Positions 30,694-41,469 are shown, numbered from the stretch's first letter. The stretch: DNA of 64,000 nt from a candidate division FCPU426 bacterium (GCA_963840035.1 CAWIXE010000002.1:64001-128000); one strand, 5' to 3'. Notes: generated from the sequence alone by a model not told the origin. A program made the numbers and translations.

Positions 30694-32250
30694 GTGTGTC
30701 CGGTGGTCAGGGATAATTTTAAAAAAGAAGATATGATTGTTTTAACACTTTTTATTTTTATGTCAGTGCTGATAATCCAGAGAGCATACCTTTCAGACAT
30801 CTATATTTCACCGGATTCGGCGAATTACCTTAAGGCTGCTCAGGGATTGCTGGATGGGAACGGGTTCTACTACAATAAGAACGCTGGAGATACGGCAACG
30901 TGGTTTGCCATCTGGCCCATCGGATATCCAGCCCTTATAGCCTGCGTATCCCTCGTTACAGGCACTAATGTTTACATGGCTTCAAAGGTCCTGACGCTGA
31001 TATTTATACTGGCCATATTTATATTTTTTAAACTGCGATTCAGGGAAGACGCGTGGATATACTCCCTTTCAGTAGGCAATAAGGTTTTTATCATAATCTT
31101 TTGTTATACCTGGAGCGAACAGCCTTTTATTCTCGGGATGCTGTGGTTTTCCGCAGCTCTATATGACGTTTTTAGAAATGATGATGTCAAATTAGGGGAT
31201 TACCTTAACCTGACCATTTCGGCGGTCTTCCTGTTTCTCATGCGCTATATAGGTGCTTTCGCGGTGGGTATTATTGGGGCGGCAGCCGGAGTGCTGTTGG
31301 CCGTACAGTTTGCATCCGGATTTTCCGAAAAAAAACAGGTCAAAAAGGCCGCGTTTTTATTCTGCAGCGCTGTCGTAAGCGGTTCGGGCATACTCATGTA
31401 CCTTTTAGTAAACCTTCAGAAAACAGGATTCACGACTGGCATGCAGAGGCTGAAGGCCCCGGAGACGTTTTTTGAGCTCTTAAGAGCGCTTTTAAAGTCT
31501 GGGCAGCAGGAAATATTGTACGCTGTTCTATCTTTTTTGGGAATTGCTTTCGCCATACTGACAATAGCCGGTTTTGCGCTCAGACTGCGTGTTACCCGGG
31601 ATGTGTTCCGCGGACTGAAAGATTATAAAAACCATCAGAGTTTGTTTTTTATATTAACAGGCGCTGTTTATCTGGCGGCCATAGTGTATTCTAGGTTTAC
31701 CACACATTTTGACGGGTTTGATTACCGGCTACTTTATCCGGCCACTTTTTTGTTCGTGACGGGCATTGTTGCGTTGATAGTGGAACAAATGCCGTCGCAG
31801 GCCGCGTCTTTAAGGGCTGTTGTCAGGCCGGCCCATGTGATTGTCAGTTGTGTCTTTATCGCCGGATGTCTTTTATTTGTGGCGGCCGGGGGAAAGAATT
31901 TCGTAAAAGCATTATTTAAGAATGAAAAATATAAGAGTGAAACTACGGGTTTTTCATACAGGCGCGCCCAGGCAATCGAAAAGTACAGGAATGTGCCGTC
32001 CGGGTCTGCTGTATTATGGATGGACAAGATAGCGGCTTTTTTAAGGACAGACCTACTGCCGGTGCTGCCTAAAAGCGCGCCATATTTCGCGCCTGAAACA
32101 ACTGAAGAGTTATGGGAAAGGCTGAAGGAAAAAAAATCCGTCTATCTCGATATAAATCAAATGAATAAATACTGGGAGAACAACCCGTCCCTGAACGCGT
32201 TTTTTGAAAAATACAAGGGTGTGAAGGAAGAACTGGTAAGAATAAAGTAG
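30694..32250 (+). CDS. Polytopic membrane protein, GT-C/PMT-like
   Basis: SPDS..Y, WP.GYP, WSE..F, RYIG motifs; >10 TM; start codon uncertain. Confidence 0.65.
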   Translation: MCPVVRDNFKKEDMIVLTLFIFMSVLIIQRAYLSDIYISPDSANYLKAAQGLLDGNGFYYNKNAGDTATWFAIWPIGYPALIACVSLVTGTNVYMASKVLTLIFILAIFIFFKLRFREDAWIYSLSVGNKVFIIIFCYTWSEQPFILGMLWFSAALYDVFRNDDVKLGDYLNLTISAVFLFLMRYIGAFAVGIIGAAAGVLLAVQFASGFSEKKQVKKAAFLFCSAVVSGSGILMYLLVNLQKTGFTTGMQRLKAPETFFELLRALLKSGQQEILYAVLSFLGIAFAILTIAGFALRLRVTRDVFRGLKDYKNHQSLFFILTGAVYLAAIVYSRFTTHFDGFDYRLLYPATFLFVTGIVALIVEQMPSQAASLRAVVRPAHVIVSCVFIAGCLLFVAAGGKNFVKALFKNEKYKSETTGFSYRRAQAIEKYRNVPSGSAVLWMDKIAAFLRTDLLPVLPKSAPYFAPETTEELWERLKEKKSVYLDINQMNKYWENNPSLNAFFEKYKGVKEELVRIK

Positions 32251-32319
32251 GTACAGCGCTCCCGCGTGGTTCGAATTTATTAAAGCTATGAAATATAATC
32301 GTAAGGGAGGTAAGGGGAA

Positions 32320-33645
32320 ATGAGTAAAAAATCCGGTATCAGCTGGCTTGCTGCGGAACTTCCTGAGTTAGTCAAAAAAGGGATAATCAACGAAAACGCA
32401 TCGTCAAAACTGCGTGAGTATTACGGCATGGCCGGCATCAAGCCGCGGATGACATTATTCGAACTATTTTCTGTTATAGGCGGCGGGCTTGTCGCAATCG
32501 GAATCATCCTTGTCTTCGCCTACAACTGGGCAAGTTTTCCTAAGTTTGTAAGGCTTGTACTGGCGCTTCTTCCTTTGATTGCGGCGCAGGCGCTGGCCGT
32601 GTATACCGTAAACCTTAAAAAATCATCTGTATCCATGCGCGAGGGGGTTGCGGTATTCTGGGCCATATCAGTCGGCGCGTCAATCGCTTTAATCAGCCAG
32701 GTTTACCATATCATGGGAAAGCTTTCTGATTATTCGCTTGTCTGGATGCTGATGATAATACCGGTCATGTACATACTCGAATCAGCTTCGGCGTATGTGG
32801 TATATCTTGCCCTCACTGTCATGTGGACATCCTCGGCGCAAATTGACGGCGGAAACTCGCTTCTTTACTGGCCGCTGCTGGCTCCGGCGCTGCCTTTTTT
32901 GGCGCAGAAATTAAAGGAGGACAGGTACTCCAATAAGGCCATGGCCATGTCGTTCCTCCTGGCTGTATCATTAACCGCCGGCCTGGGTGTTTCGCTTGAA
33001 AAATGCATTCCGGGGTTGTGGATGATAATTTATACATCGTTTTTTGTATGCCTTTACCTCATGGGAGGCATGATGCATGATAAGGACGACAGCCTTGTCC
33101 ATAAACCGCTTTATGTTTTCGGCGTCATCGGCCTTTCATTTATCATTTATATGCTTACATTTGACTGGCCGTGGGAACATATTGGCTGGTCAAATTACAG
33201 GTACATGGGCAAGTACCAGCCGCAGGCGGCTTTTGTGGATTACATATTCACGCTGGCCCTGCCGCTTGGCGCCATGTTCCTCCTAAACCGCGCGGATAAA
33301 AAAGGCGTTAATTCGCTCCTGTCATTTGGCATCGCGCCCGGCGTTGTGGCGCTGTGCTTTGTGGCCGTTTCCGCGAATGAAATAAGGTATCTGCCATATG
33401 TGATTTTTGCCATGAACGCGTATTTCTTTTACCTCGGGGTATCAACCATGATCAGGGGGATTAAAGAAAACCGGATGTCAATCATGAACGGCGGAATGCT
33501 GATGTTTGTGGTGCTGGTGGTGACATGGTTTTTAAAGATGGAAATGAGTTTCTTAAGCCGCGGTATCATGTTCATCATAATTGGCGCGGCGTTTTTAGGC
33601 GCTAACAGATACATGTCGCTTAAGATAAAGGCGGTGTCAAAATGA
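32320..33645 (+). CDS. DUF2157-domain membrane protein
   Basis: GII...FAYNW, GASIALISQVYH; paired with a GDYXXLXY gene. Confidence 0.8.
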   Translation: MSKKSGISWLAAELPELVKKGIINENASSKLREYYGMAGIKPRMTLFELFSVIGGGLVAIGIILVFAYNWASFPKFVRLVLALLPLIAAQALAVYTVNLKKSSVSMREGVAVFWAISVGASIALISQVYHIMGKLSDYSLVWMLMIIPVMYILESASAYVVYLALTVMWTSSAQIDGGNSLLYWPLLAPALPFLAQKLKEDRYSNKAMAMSFLLAVSLTAGLGVSLEKCIPGLWMIIYTSFFVCLYLMGGMMHDKDDSLVHKPLYVFGVIGLSFIIYMLTFDWPWEHIGWSNYRYMGKYQPQAAFVDYIFTLALPLGAMFLLNRADKKGVNSLLSFGIAPGVVALCFVAVSANEIRYLPYVIFAMNAYFFYLGVSTMIRGIKENRMSIMNGGMLMFVVLVVTWFLKMEMSFLSRGIMFIIIGAAFLGANRYMSLKIKAVSK

Positions 33646-34211
33646 AGAATAATACCCTCATAAAATGGCTCCTTGGCCTGACTATCATAGCGCAGCTTGC
33701 TGTATGCGGATTTCAGATAGCCTCGCAGGAGCGCATCATGTTCGCGGGCACGGATTACAAGTTCAGGACAAGGCCGGTGGACCCGTATGACGCATTCAGG
33801 GGAAAATACGTCGCGCTTGGCTTTGAGCAGGACCGCTTCTCAGACAAGGAAAAATTCGCGCCCGGGGAGACAGTGTACGCGCATGTTGTAAAAGCTGATG
33901 ATGGCTACGCGGAAATAATCGGGCTTTCAAGGGTGTATCTGAAAAATGATGACTGCTTTAAAGTTACGGTGCATTATACAATAGGCGATGTCGTATACTT
34001 AAGTTTCCCGTTTGAAAAATACTTCATGGCAGAGGATGACGCGCCGATAGCCGAGAAGGCATACAGGGAAAGCACAAACAGCGGCAATTGTTACGCCCTT
34101 GTTTACATTGAAAAAGGGAGCGCCGCTTTAAAAGGCGTCTACATTCAAGGAAAGAAAATTGAAGAACTGGTGAAGGAAAGAAAACAGGCGGAAGAGAAGA
34201 AACCAAAGTAA
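33642..34211 (+). CDS. GDYXXLXY-family membrane-anchored protein
   Basis: TRPVDPYDAFRGKYVAL motif; EKYFM.E. Confidence 0.8.
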   Translation: MKNNTLIKWLLGLTIIAQLAVCGFQIASQERIMFAGTDYKFRTRPVDPYDAFRGKYVALGFEQDRFSDKEKFAPGETVYAHVVKADDGYAEIIGLSRVYLKNDDCFKVTVHYTIGDVVYLSFPFEKYFMAEDDAPIAEKAYRESTNSGNCYALVYIEKGSAALKGVYIQGKKIEELVKERKQAEEKKPK

Positions 34212-34227
34212 ACTTAAGGAGGATCAA

Positions 34228-34581
34228 ATGGCGCTTACCAAGATCAATCACAAGGGTGTGGAAATAGTAATTGCCGATTTTTCAAACAAGAAATGGGAGC
34301 AGATATTTGAATATGGCGAAGCGTACTCAAAAGACTTCCTTGCGGAAGGCAAGCCGCAGAGGGTGCTTTTGGACCAGTCTAATATTGTAATGTCAGCGGA
34401 AGTAAGCCGTTATTTTAAGGCTTCGGCGTTAAAGGTCCAGCACCTCCAGGAAAAACTTGCCCTTGTCGGGGTTACGGGAATACAGAAGATAGTGGCAAAT
34501 GCCATAATGGCCCTTGTGAAGTCGAATGTGAAGATGTTTGATACAAGGGAACAGGCCATGAACTGGCTTGCGGAGAAGTAG
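34228..34581 (+). CDS. Hypothetical protein, SpoIIAA/STAS-like
   Basis: AGGAGG RBS; ALVGVTG...FDTREQAMNWL C-terminus. Confidence 0.65.
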   Translation: MALTKINHKGVEIVIADFSNKKWEQIFEYGEAYSKDFLAEGKPQRVLLDQSNIVMSAEVSRYFKASALKVQHLQEKLALVGVTGIQKIVANAIMALVKSNVKMFDTREQAMNWLAEK

Positions 34582-34690
34582 GTCTAAAACCTTCGATAAT
34601 CGAGAATCGAAAATTAACCGTCTATACTCACCTTTGAGCGGAGGAGTCTTTTCGGGCGGTTAGCTTATTGATCGCGCTGATTTCAATACT

Positions 34691-34739
34691 CCGCAACCAA
34701 AATGAAAAAAGGCAGCCTTTCGGCTGCCTTTTTTCATTT

Positions 34740-34748
<9 letters not shown>
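34691..34748 (-). terminator. Bidirectional terminator; 27-bp perfect inverted repeat including the last 9 nt of tRNA-fMet
   Basis: ccgcaaccaaaatgaaaaaaggcagcc-tttc-reverse complement. Confidence 0.85.
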
Positions 34749-34814
<66 letters not shown>

Positions 34815-34939
34815 ACTTAACTTAATCACAAATCCCATATCCCAAATCTCAAGGGAAGGGCTTAATTTATACTTAATCAGGAGACTTCACCTTTCTCCTG
34901 TCGACTCTCGACTTACTCCAAAATCCGCTCCGCGGATTT

Positions 34940-35028
34940 TGGTGCCGGGAGCCGGACTCGAACCGGCACGGAGGGTGAACTCCGGAGGATTTTAAGTCCT
35001 CTGCGTCTACCAATTTCGCCATCCCGGC
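34940..35028 (-). tRNA. tRNA-Leu(TAA)
   Basis: GCCGGGA/TCCCGGC acceptor stem; gagga-CTTAAAA-tcctc; long variable arm; encoded CCA. Confidence 0.96.
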
Positions 35029-35070
35029 GAGGCTTCTTATTTAAAAAAGAAGAATTCGAAAACGAGACCT

Positions 35071-35099
35071 ATTATATAGAAAACAACAGGGGGTGTCAA
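35071..35099 (-). promoter_or_regulatory. sigma70 promoter of the tRNA-Leu/tRNA-fMet operon
   Basis: Minus strand TTGACA-17 nt-TATAAT. Confidence 0.8.
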
Positions 35100-35112
35100 G
35101 AGTTATAAAGGC

Positions 35113-35238
35113 AATTACGAATTAATAATTACTAAGTTACTAAAGAAGGTGCCGCTTCGCGGTCTATTATAATAATGCGAGGAATGAAATGACGAGCATG
35201 TACCATGATTGGTAATTAGTAATTATTAATTTGTAATT
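35113..35238. repeat. Inverted pair of heptamer arrays (AATTACT-type) downstream of mnmG
   Basis: aattacg aattaat aattact aagttact ... tggtaat tagtaat tattaat ttgtaat. Confidence 0.7.
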
Positions 35239-35244
35239 TTCCTT

Positions 35245-37131
35245 TTAGCTGGTTGCTTGCCTGTCAGAACCGTGTTTTTTCAGCATTATAAGCAGCACGT
35301 TGACGTCTGCCGGGGTTAGGCCGTTTATTCTTGACGCCTGGCCTATGGTGTTCGGCCTTATTTGCTTTAGTTTTTGTTTGGCTTCCAGGGAGAGGCCGTG
35401 GTATTTATCGTAGTCAAAATCATCCGGGATCTGCTTGGATTCGAGTTTCTTGAAATTTTCTATGTCCCTCATCGCTTTCTTTATATATCCCTCATACTGC
35501 ACCTCGGCGTCGAGAAAATCTATGAAGTGTCCGGGGACATCCGTACGGATCGTAGTGAAGGCGCCTAACATGCCATATGTTACTTCCGGCCTTTTAAGCA
35601 GGGTATAAAGGGTTACGCCTTCGTTTATCGGCGTGGTTCCCATGGCTTCAAGGGCTTTGTTTGTCTCTGCGGTTGCGTGAATGTGGCAGGAGGCGAGCCT
35701 CTTTATTTCATTGGCGAAGAAGAGCTTTTTCTCCTGCAGCATTGAATTTCTTTCTTCAGTCACAAGACCGATTTTCCTGCCGTGCTCTGTCAGGCGGATG
35801 TCGGCGTTATCGCCTCGGAGCACCAGCCTGTATTCGGCGCGGGAGGAGAAGAGCCTGTACGGCTCTATGAGTTCGTTTGTTATGATGTCGTCAATCATAA
35901 CTCCTATGTATGACTCTGACCTGTCAGGCGTAAATCCTTCCAACCCCTTTACTTTAAGGGACGCGTTAATGCCTGCTATTATGCCCTGGGCAGCGGCTTC
36001 TTCGTAACCTGATGTGCCATTTATCTGGCCGGCAAGGAATAACCCTGAAACCGCCTTAACTTCAAGCGTGTACTTAAGCTGCGAGGGAGGGGCAAAGTCG
36101 TATTCAATGCCGTAGCCGGGTTTTAATATATCAACTTTTTCAAAACCGGGGATGGTCCTTAAGTACGCCAGCTGAACATCAAGCGGCAGGGAAGTGGAAA
36201 GGCCGTTTAAATACAGTTCATTGCTTAAGCGTTCCTCGGGTTCTATGAATACCTGATGGGTTTTCTTCTCGGGGAACTTCATTACCTTGTCCTCTATGGA
36301 CGGGCAGTAGCGCGGCCCCAGGCCGAATATCATCCTGTTGGTTTTACTGTATAAAGGGGAACGGTCAAGGTTGTCCGTGATTACTTTATGCGTGTTCTCG
36401 TTAGTATGCGCCAGCCAGCACATGGCCTGTTCTATATCAATTTTTTTTGTCATGAATGAGAAAGGGACTGGAGTAATATCCCCGGGTTGTTCCTTGAACT
36501 TTGAGTAATCAAGGGTGTTTTTATCCACCCTGGGATTGGTGCCTGTTTTTAAGCGGCCAAGGGTAAGGCCGAGCGCTTTCAGGGAATCAGAGAGCTTGTT
36601 TGAGGCAGGATCGCCGAGCCTGCCGCCTTCTTTTGATTCCAGCCCGGTAAACATAACGCCCTTTAAAAATGTGCCGGTGGTGACAATTACGGATTTCGCG
36701 CCGAAACGTTCGCCGGTTGAAATGATAACGCCATTAACCGCGCCCGCTTCCGACGTAATTGCGTCAACCATTGCCTCAATAACCGTCAGCCCGGGCTGGC
36801 TCATGACGGTTTTTATCATGTAATCGCGGTATTCTTTTTTGTCAGCCTGGGCGCGCAGTCCGCGCACGGCAGGGCCTTTTGTGGAGTTTAAGACCTTAAA
36901 CTGCAGGCAGGTGGCGTCAGCGGCTTTTGCCATTTCGCCGCCAAGGGCGTCTATCTCGCGCACCAGCTGTCCCTTTGCAAGCCCGCCGATAGCCGGATTG
37001 CAGGACATCTCGCCGATTTTGGCTTTGTTAATGGTAAATAAAGCCGTATTTAACCCCATGCGGGAAGACGCTAAAGCAGCCTCTATACCGGCATGGCCGG
37101 CTCCTATGACGATGATATCAAACTTGTCCAA
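35245..37131 (-). CDS. mnmG: tRNA uridine-5-carboxymethylaminomethyl modification enzyme MnmG/GidA
   Basis: [59 protein letters not shown] before TTG 37131. Confidence 0.96.
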   Translation of the reverse strand: MDKFDIIVIGAGHAGIEAALASSRMGLNTALFTINKAKIGEMSCNPAIGGLAKGQLVREIDALGGEMAKAADATCLQFKVLNSTKGPAVRGLRAQADKKEYRDYMIKTVMSQPGLTVIEAMVDAITSEAGAVNGVIISTGERFGAKSVIVTTGTFLKGVMFTGLESKEGGRLGDPASNKLSDSLKALGLTLGRLKTGTNPRVDKNTLDYSKFKEQPGDITPVPFSFMTKKIDIEQAMCWLAHTNENTHKVITDNLDRSPLYSKTNRMIFGLGPRYCPSIEDKVMKFPEKKTHQVFIEPEERLSNELYLNGLSTSLPLDVQLAYLRTIPGFEKVDILKPGYGIEYDFAPPSQLKYTLEVKAVSGLFLAGQINGTSGYEEAAAQGIIAGINASLKVKGLEGFTPDRSESYIGVMIDDIITNELIEPYRLFSSRAEYRLVLRGDNADIRLTEHGRKIGLVTEERNSMLQEKKLFFANEIKRLASCHIHATAETNKALEAMGTTPINEGVTLYTLLKRPEVTYGMLGAFTTIRTDVPGHFIDFLDAEVQYEGYIKKAMRDIENFKKLESKQIPDDFDYDKYHGLSLEAKQKLKQIRPNTIGQASRINGLTPADVNVLLIMLKKHGSDRQATS

Positions 37132-37153
37132 ACAAACCTCCGGGTAAAGTGAC

Positions 37154-37263
37154 GGGCGAGCCATCCGTCTACGCTGAAGCTTCAACGGACATGGCCGGCT
37201 CGCCCCTACGAAAACAAAACAAACTTATTTAGACCCTGTAGGGGCCGCCCTGTGTGGCGGCCC
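37154..37263. repeat. Two GTAG-foot REPs in the mnmG-rlmN intergenic region, one with a loop insertion
   Basis: gggcgagcc[...]ggctcgccc-ctac (37154-37209); gtag-gggccgcc...ggcggccc (37238-37263). Confidence 0.7.
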
Positions 37264-37419
37264 GCAACGTTGGCGGGCGGGCACACAAATCACCCCATGC
37301 AGGTAACGCTAAATATTTACATTAAACATTTAAATCCAGAAGCGTATTACTGTGTTATAATTATATATTATGAAACGTAATTGTAAATAGGCAAAAAATA
37401 CACCGTTAAAGGATGAACA

Positions 37420-38451
37420 ATGAAAAGAAGCTTAAGGGATTATACAAGGACAGAGATTAAGGAAATCGTCGCAAGGCTCGGGTTTCAGAAATTCCGCGGG
37501 GACCAGATATTTGAATGGGTTTATAAGGGCGTTAAAACCATAGATGACATGAAAAACATAGCCGCAGACCAAAAGGAAACGCTTAAGCATGAAGGCTTTC
37601 ACATAGGCACCCTTAAGGTGGCAAATAGGCTTGAATCCAAAGTGGACATGACCATCAAATACCTTTTTGAGCTGGAGGATGGCAATAAGATAGAAACTGT
37701 TTTTCTTCCGGACAGAAAGAGAAATACGCTTTGCATATCCTCACAGGTGGGCTGCGCGTGTAACTGCGGCTTCTGCGCGACAGGCGGCCTCGGATTTACA
37801 AGGGACCTGACAACGGGCGAGATACTCAGCCAGTTCATGCATGTGGTAATTGACGAAGGGCTGAAAGTGGATAATATAGTCTATATGGGCATGGGCGAGC
37901 CGCTTTTGAACTGGGAAAATGTAAAAAAGTCCATAGAGATACTCAATGACGAAAAAGGGTTCCATTTTTCAAGGTCCCGCATCACCGTATCAACCATCGG
38001 AGTGCTTCCTATAATGAAGGAAATAGCCGATTCCAAGTTAAAGTTCAGGCTTGCGGTTTCCATAGTGACCCCGGATACCGTGAAGAGGTCAAAGCTGATA
38101 CCCATGAATAAGACATATAAACTCAATGACATCATAGAGATGTGCAGGTACTATAACCGGAGAACAGAACAGCCCGTAATGATTGAATACCCGATGTTCA
38201 AGGATATCAATGATTCAGCCCTTGACGCGGAAAACCTGTATAAATTGCTCAACGGCATAAACTACAAAATAAACCTGATTCCGTACAACCCTGTCAAAGG
38301 CAGCGCCTTTGAAAAACCTGAAAAGGAAGCGGTTATGATCTTCCAGAAGTATTTCACGGATAAAGGCGCCCTGGCTTTTACAAGGAAAGAAAAAGGCGCG
38401 GACATTGCAGGCGCCTGCGGGCAGCTGGCAGGGAAGGCAATTGATAAGTAA
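37420..38451 (+). CDS. rlmN: Dual-specificity RNA methyltransferase RlmN (radical SAM)
   Basis: CISSQVGC...C.FCATG, MGMGEPL.N, DI.GACGQL. Confidence 0.95.
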   Translation: MKRSLRDYTRTEIKEIVARLGFQKFRGDQIFEWVYKGVKTIDDMKNIAADQKETLKHEGFHIGTLKVANRLESKVDMTIKYLFELEDGNKIETVFLPDRKRNTLCISSQVGCACNCGFCATGGLGFTRDLTTGEILSQFMHVVIDEGLKVDNIVYMGMGEPLLNWENVKKSIEILNDEKGFHFSRSRITVSTIGVLPIMKEIADSKLKFRLAVSIVTPDTVKRSKLIPMNKTYKLNDIIEMCRYYNRRTEQPVMIEYPMFKDINDSALDAENLYKLLNGINYKINLIPYNPVKGSAFEKPEKEAVMIFQKYFTDKGALAFTRKEKGADIAGACGQLAGKAIDK

Positions 38452-38452
38452 T

Positions 38453-38515
38453 AATTACCAATTACTAATGACTAAGTTACTAATAAAGGGCTGTTTATAT
38501 TAGTCATTCGTGATT
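38453..38515. repeat. Heptamer array plus partial inverted arm downstream of rlmN
   Basis: aattacc aattact aatgact aagttact aat ... attagtc attcgtg att. Confidence 0.6.
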
Positions 38516-38607
38516 TTGATTGACCGGCTATGTAAAATCGTCTAAAATATCATAATTATTGGTAAAAACCATGGTTTTTAATTATCTTAATATCATAAGG
38601 AGATACT

Positions 38608-40377
38608 TTGGAAACGTATAAACGCCTTTTTAAATACATGAAACCCTATATGAGCAGGGTTGTTATATCCATTTTTCTTATGCTTTTAACCGCCGGCTTC
38701 ACGGCGGCTTCCGTATATGTTTTAAAACCTGTTATCGATAAGATATTCGCCAATACAAATACAGTCGAGGCAATGCAGTGGCTCAAATTGCTGCCTTTTG
38801 CCATAATAATAATTTTCATTCTTAAAGGCGTCACGGGATACGCCCAGAAGTACATGATCGACTGGGTGGGGAACAAAATAATCCTTAACATGCGCAGGGA
38901 GCTTTATTACCATGTGACTTCGCTTTCCATGGGGTTTTTCAACAACCAGAAGATGGGCGTCCTGATTTCCCGCATCACCAACGACGTCATGCTTGTGCAG
39001 GGCGCGATAGCCAATGTGCTGGGCAATATCATCGGCAGCATTTTCACCATAATCGGCATCGCCGGCATGCTTTTTTACCTTAACTGGAAGTTTGCCTTAA
39101 TAGCCATAACCGTAATACCGCTGGCGATATACCCCATATCAAAATTCGGGAAAAGGATAAAGAAGTCGGCGGTCAATGTCCAGGAAAAAATGGGGGACAT
39201 GACTTCCATACTCAATGAAAGTTTTAACGGAATAAGGATAGTAAAGGCGTTTGGCATGGAAAAGTATGAACGCTCGCGTTTTGACTCCGAGCTTCACAAG
39301 CTTTTTGACTGGACCATGAAAGGCGTGCGCGCGTACAACCTTTCTTCGCCCACAATGGAATCCATAGGCGCCATAGGCATAGCGATCCTTGTATGGACTG
39401 CCGGTTCCGCCGTTATCAGCAAGGAACTTACGACAGGCACATTTTTCGCGTTTTTAGTCGGATTAACTCAGCTCTACCCGCAGATAAAAAGAATGAACGA
39501 TATGAATAACGTCATCCAGCAGGCGCTTGCCGCCTCCGAGAGGGTATTCCAGATACTCGACACAAAGCCCGATGTGGTGGAAGCCCCGGACGCGGTGGAT
39601 GTAACGGATTTTAAGGAAGGGGTGACATTTGAACACGCCGGATTTTACTATTTGGAAGGGCAGCCTGTATTAAAGGATGTGAACTGCAGGATAAATAAAG
39701 GCGAGATATTCGCCGTGGTCGGGCCCTCGGGCGCCGGAAAATCCACAATGGCAGACCTGCTCGCGAGGTTTTACGACCTAAAGGAAGGCGTCATAACCAT
39801 AGACGGCACTGACATAAGGAATATAAAGTTTGATTCACTGCGCAGCATGATAGGCATGGTAACGCAGGAGACAATACTCTTCAACGATACGATACGCAAT
39901 AACATAGCGTACGGCAAGGAAAACCTGGACATGACACAGGTAGAGCTTGCGGCGCGCGCGGCAAACGCGGCGGAGTTTATAGATAAGTTACCCGAAGGGT
40001 ACAACACCATGATAGGCGACAGGGGAGTAAGGCTCTCCGGAGGCCAGAGGCAGAGGATGGCGATTGCCAGGGCCATACTAAAGAACCCGCCAATCCTCAT
40101 ACTTGACGAAGCCACGTCCTCGCTGGATTCGGAGTCAGAAATACTTGTGCAGGAAGCCATTAATAACCTGATGAAGAACAGGACTACTTTTGTAATAGCC
40201 CACAGGCTCTCGACTGTCAGAAACGCCAATAAAATTATAGTAATTGACGGCGGCACCATAGTGGAGCACGGCACGCATGATACGCTGATTAAGAAAAACG
40301 GCGTTTATACTAAGCTTTACAATCTTCAGTTCAGGCTGAATAAGGAAGCGGCAGCGGAGGATAAAAAGGATGAGTAA
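38608..40377 (+). CDS. msbA: Lipid A export ABC transporter MsbA-like
   Basis: 6-TM domain plus NBD (GPSGAGKS, LSGGQRQR, LDEATS); heads the LPS cluster. Confidence 0.85.
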   Translation: METYKRLFKYMKPYMSRVVISIFLMLLTAGFTAASVYVLKPVIDKIFANTNTVEAMQWLKLLPFAIIIIFILKGVTGYAQKYMIDWVGNKIILNMRRELYYHVTSLSMGFFNNQKMGVLISRITNDVMLVQGAIANVLGNIIGSIFTIIGIAGMLFYLNWKFALIAITVIPLAIYPISKFGKRIKKSAVNVQEKMGDMTSILNESFNGIRIVKAFGMEKYERSRFDSELHKLFDWTMKGVRAYNLSSPTMESIGAIGIAILVWTAGSAVISKELTTGTFFAFLVGLTQLYPQIKRMNDMNNVIQQALAASERVFQILDTKPDVVEAPDAVDVTDFKEGVTFEHAGFYYLEGQPVLKDVNCRINKGEIFAVVGPSGAGKSTMADLLARFYDLKEGVITIDGTDIRNIKFDSLRSMIGMVTQETILFNDTIRNNIAYGKENLDMTQVELAARAANAAEFIDKLPEGYNTMIGDRGVRLSGGQRQRMAIARAILKNPPILILDEATSSLDSESEILVQEAINNLMKNRTTFVIAHRLSTVRNANKIIVIDGGTIVEHGTHDTLIKKNGVYTKLYNLQFRLNKEAAAEDKKDE

Positions 40378-40394
40378 TATCTTTGTTCGTATTA

Positions 40395-40430
40395 CTCCTG
40401 TCTCCAGTCTCCGGTCTCTTGTCTCTGGTT
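40395..40430. repeat. Heptamer array (TCCNGTC-type)
   Basis: tcctgtc tccagtc tccggtc tcttgtc tctggtt. Confidence 0.75.
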
Positions 40431-40434
40431 TATA

Positions 40435-40998
40435 ATGAACAAAGCCGCCTTTATCGACCGTGACGGAAACCTGATACATGAAGTAGGTTATATCAGTTCC
40501 TTGGACAGGATTAAATTTTATAAAAGAAGCATTAAAGCCGTTAAGTTCCTTAAGGATAATGGTTATAAAATAATTGTTGTGACAAATCAGTCAGGCGTTG
40601 CAAGGAACTACATTCCGGAAAGTTTTGTGAAAAACGCGCACGCTAAGATAAACAATATGTTAAAGAAGTTTGGCTTACAAATTGACGGCTTTTACTACTG
40701 CCCGCACCACCCTAAAAAAGCGGTATTTAAAAGGTATCTAAAGGATTGTGACTGCAGAAAACCGAAACTTGGCATGGTTAAAGCCGCGGCAAAGAAGTTT
40801 AATATAGACCTGAAAAAGAGTTTTGTGATTGGCGATAAGCTGACAGATGTGCACCTGGGTAAGAACGGAAAGATGAAAACAGCGCTTGTTCTGACCGGGT
40901 ATGGCAAAAGCGAAAAGAAGTTAATCAAGACAGCATATGATAAGCCTGATGTTATAGCAAAAGATTTCTATCAGGCAGTGCGATTGTTGGTTTCGTAG
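40435..40998 (+). CDS. gmhB: D-glycero-D-manno-heptose 1,7-bisphosphate phosphatase
   Basis: FIDRDG, TNQSG.AR, CPHHP...CDCRKP, IGDK..D. Confidence 0.9.
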   Translation: MNKAAFIDRDGNLIHEVGYISSLDRIKFYKRSIKAVKFLKDNGYKIIVVTNQSGVARNYIPESFVKNAHAKINNMLKKFGLQIDGFYYCPHHPKKAVFKRYLKDCDCRKPKLGMVKAAAKKFNIDLKKSFVIGDKLTDVHLGKNGKMKTALVLTGYGKSEKKLIKTAYDKPDVIAKDFYQAVRLLVS

Positions 40999-41431
40999 AG
41001 CCGCCGCTTGCATATGCCATGAGCTCTATAATATGCTCATGACATATACATATCGAATGGCTGCGGCTCAAGGCCGGTTTTGTTTTCGTAGTCGCAGGCC
41101 TACGCTCCACCGGCCTGCGCCTAGATTAGGAATTGAATTACGCAAACGGTAGATATTCAAGACTACCGCGTACGCACCCCGATGGAGCGTAGAGGGTGCG
41201 ACTACACAAACGATAAAGCGAAGGCTGCAACGTTTGAGCCGCAGCAAGCAGCGGCTCTACAAGAACGGTAAAGGATTCGTTTTCGTAGTCGCAGGCCTAT
41301 GCCCCACCGGCCTGCGTCTGGATGAGGAATTGAACACGCAAACGATAGAGCCAGGTCCTGCCCTGAGACGGGCACGGGTCCCGTCTCTGCGGGTTTGATT
41401 TTCTGTAGAGACGCCAACTGTGGGCGTCTCT
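40995..41431. repeat. Dense nested cluster of at least 7 GTAG-type REP palindromes of four types
   Basis: C+ 40995-41070, A+ 41088-41119, B- 41173-41205, C- 41235-41260, A+ 41285-41316, D- ~41365-41390, D+ 41405-41431. Confidence 0.85.
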
Positions 41432-41469
41432 AGGCTGGTTTTTGAATTTAAATAACCAAGGAGAAACAG

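Noticed and set aside
34637..34699. Plus-strand tRNA-like sequence or att site ending CCGCAACCA
   Set aside because: It is the inverted arm of the tRNA-fMet trailer hairpin; no D, T or anticodon arms; an att duplication would be a direct repeat.
37132..37185. N-terminal extension of MnmG given by the ORF track (similar cases at 42974, 47231, 57179)
   Set aside because: Extensions run through REP or heptamer repeats; better RBS-supported starts lie downstream.
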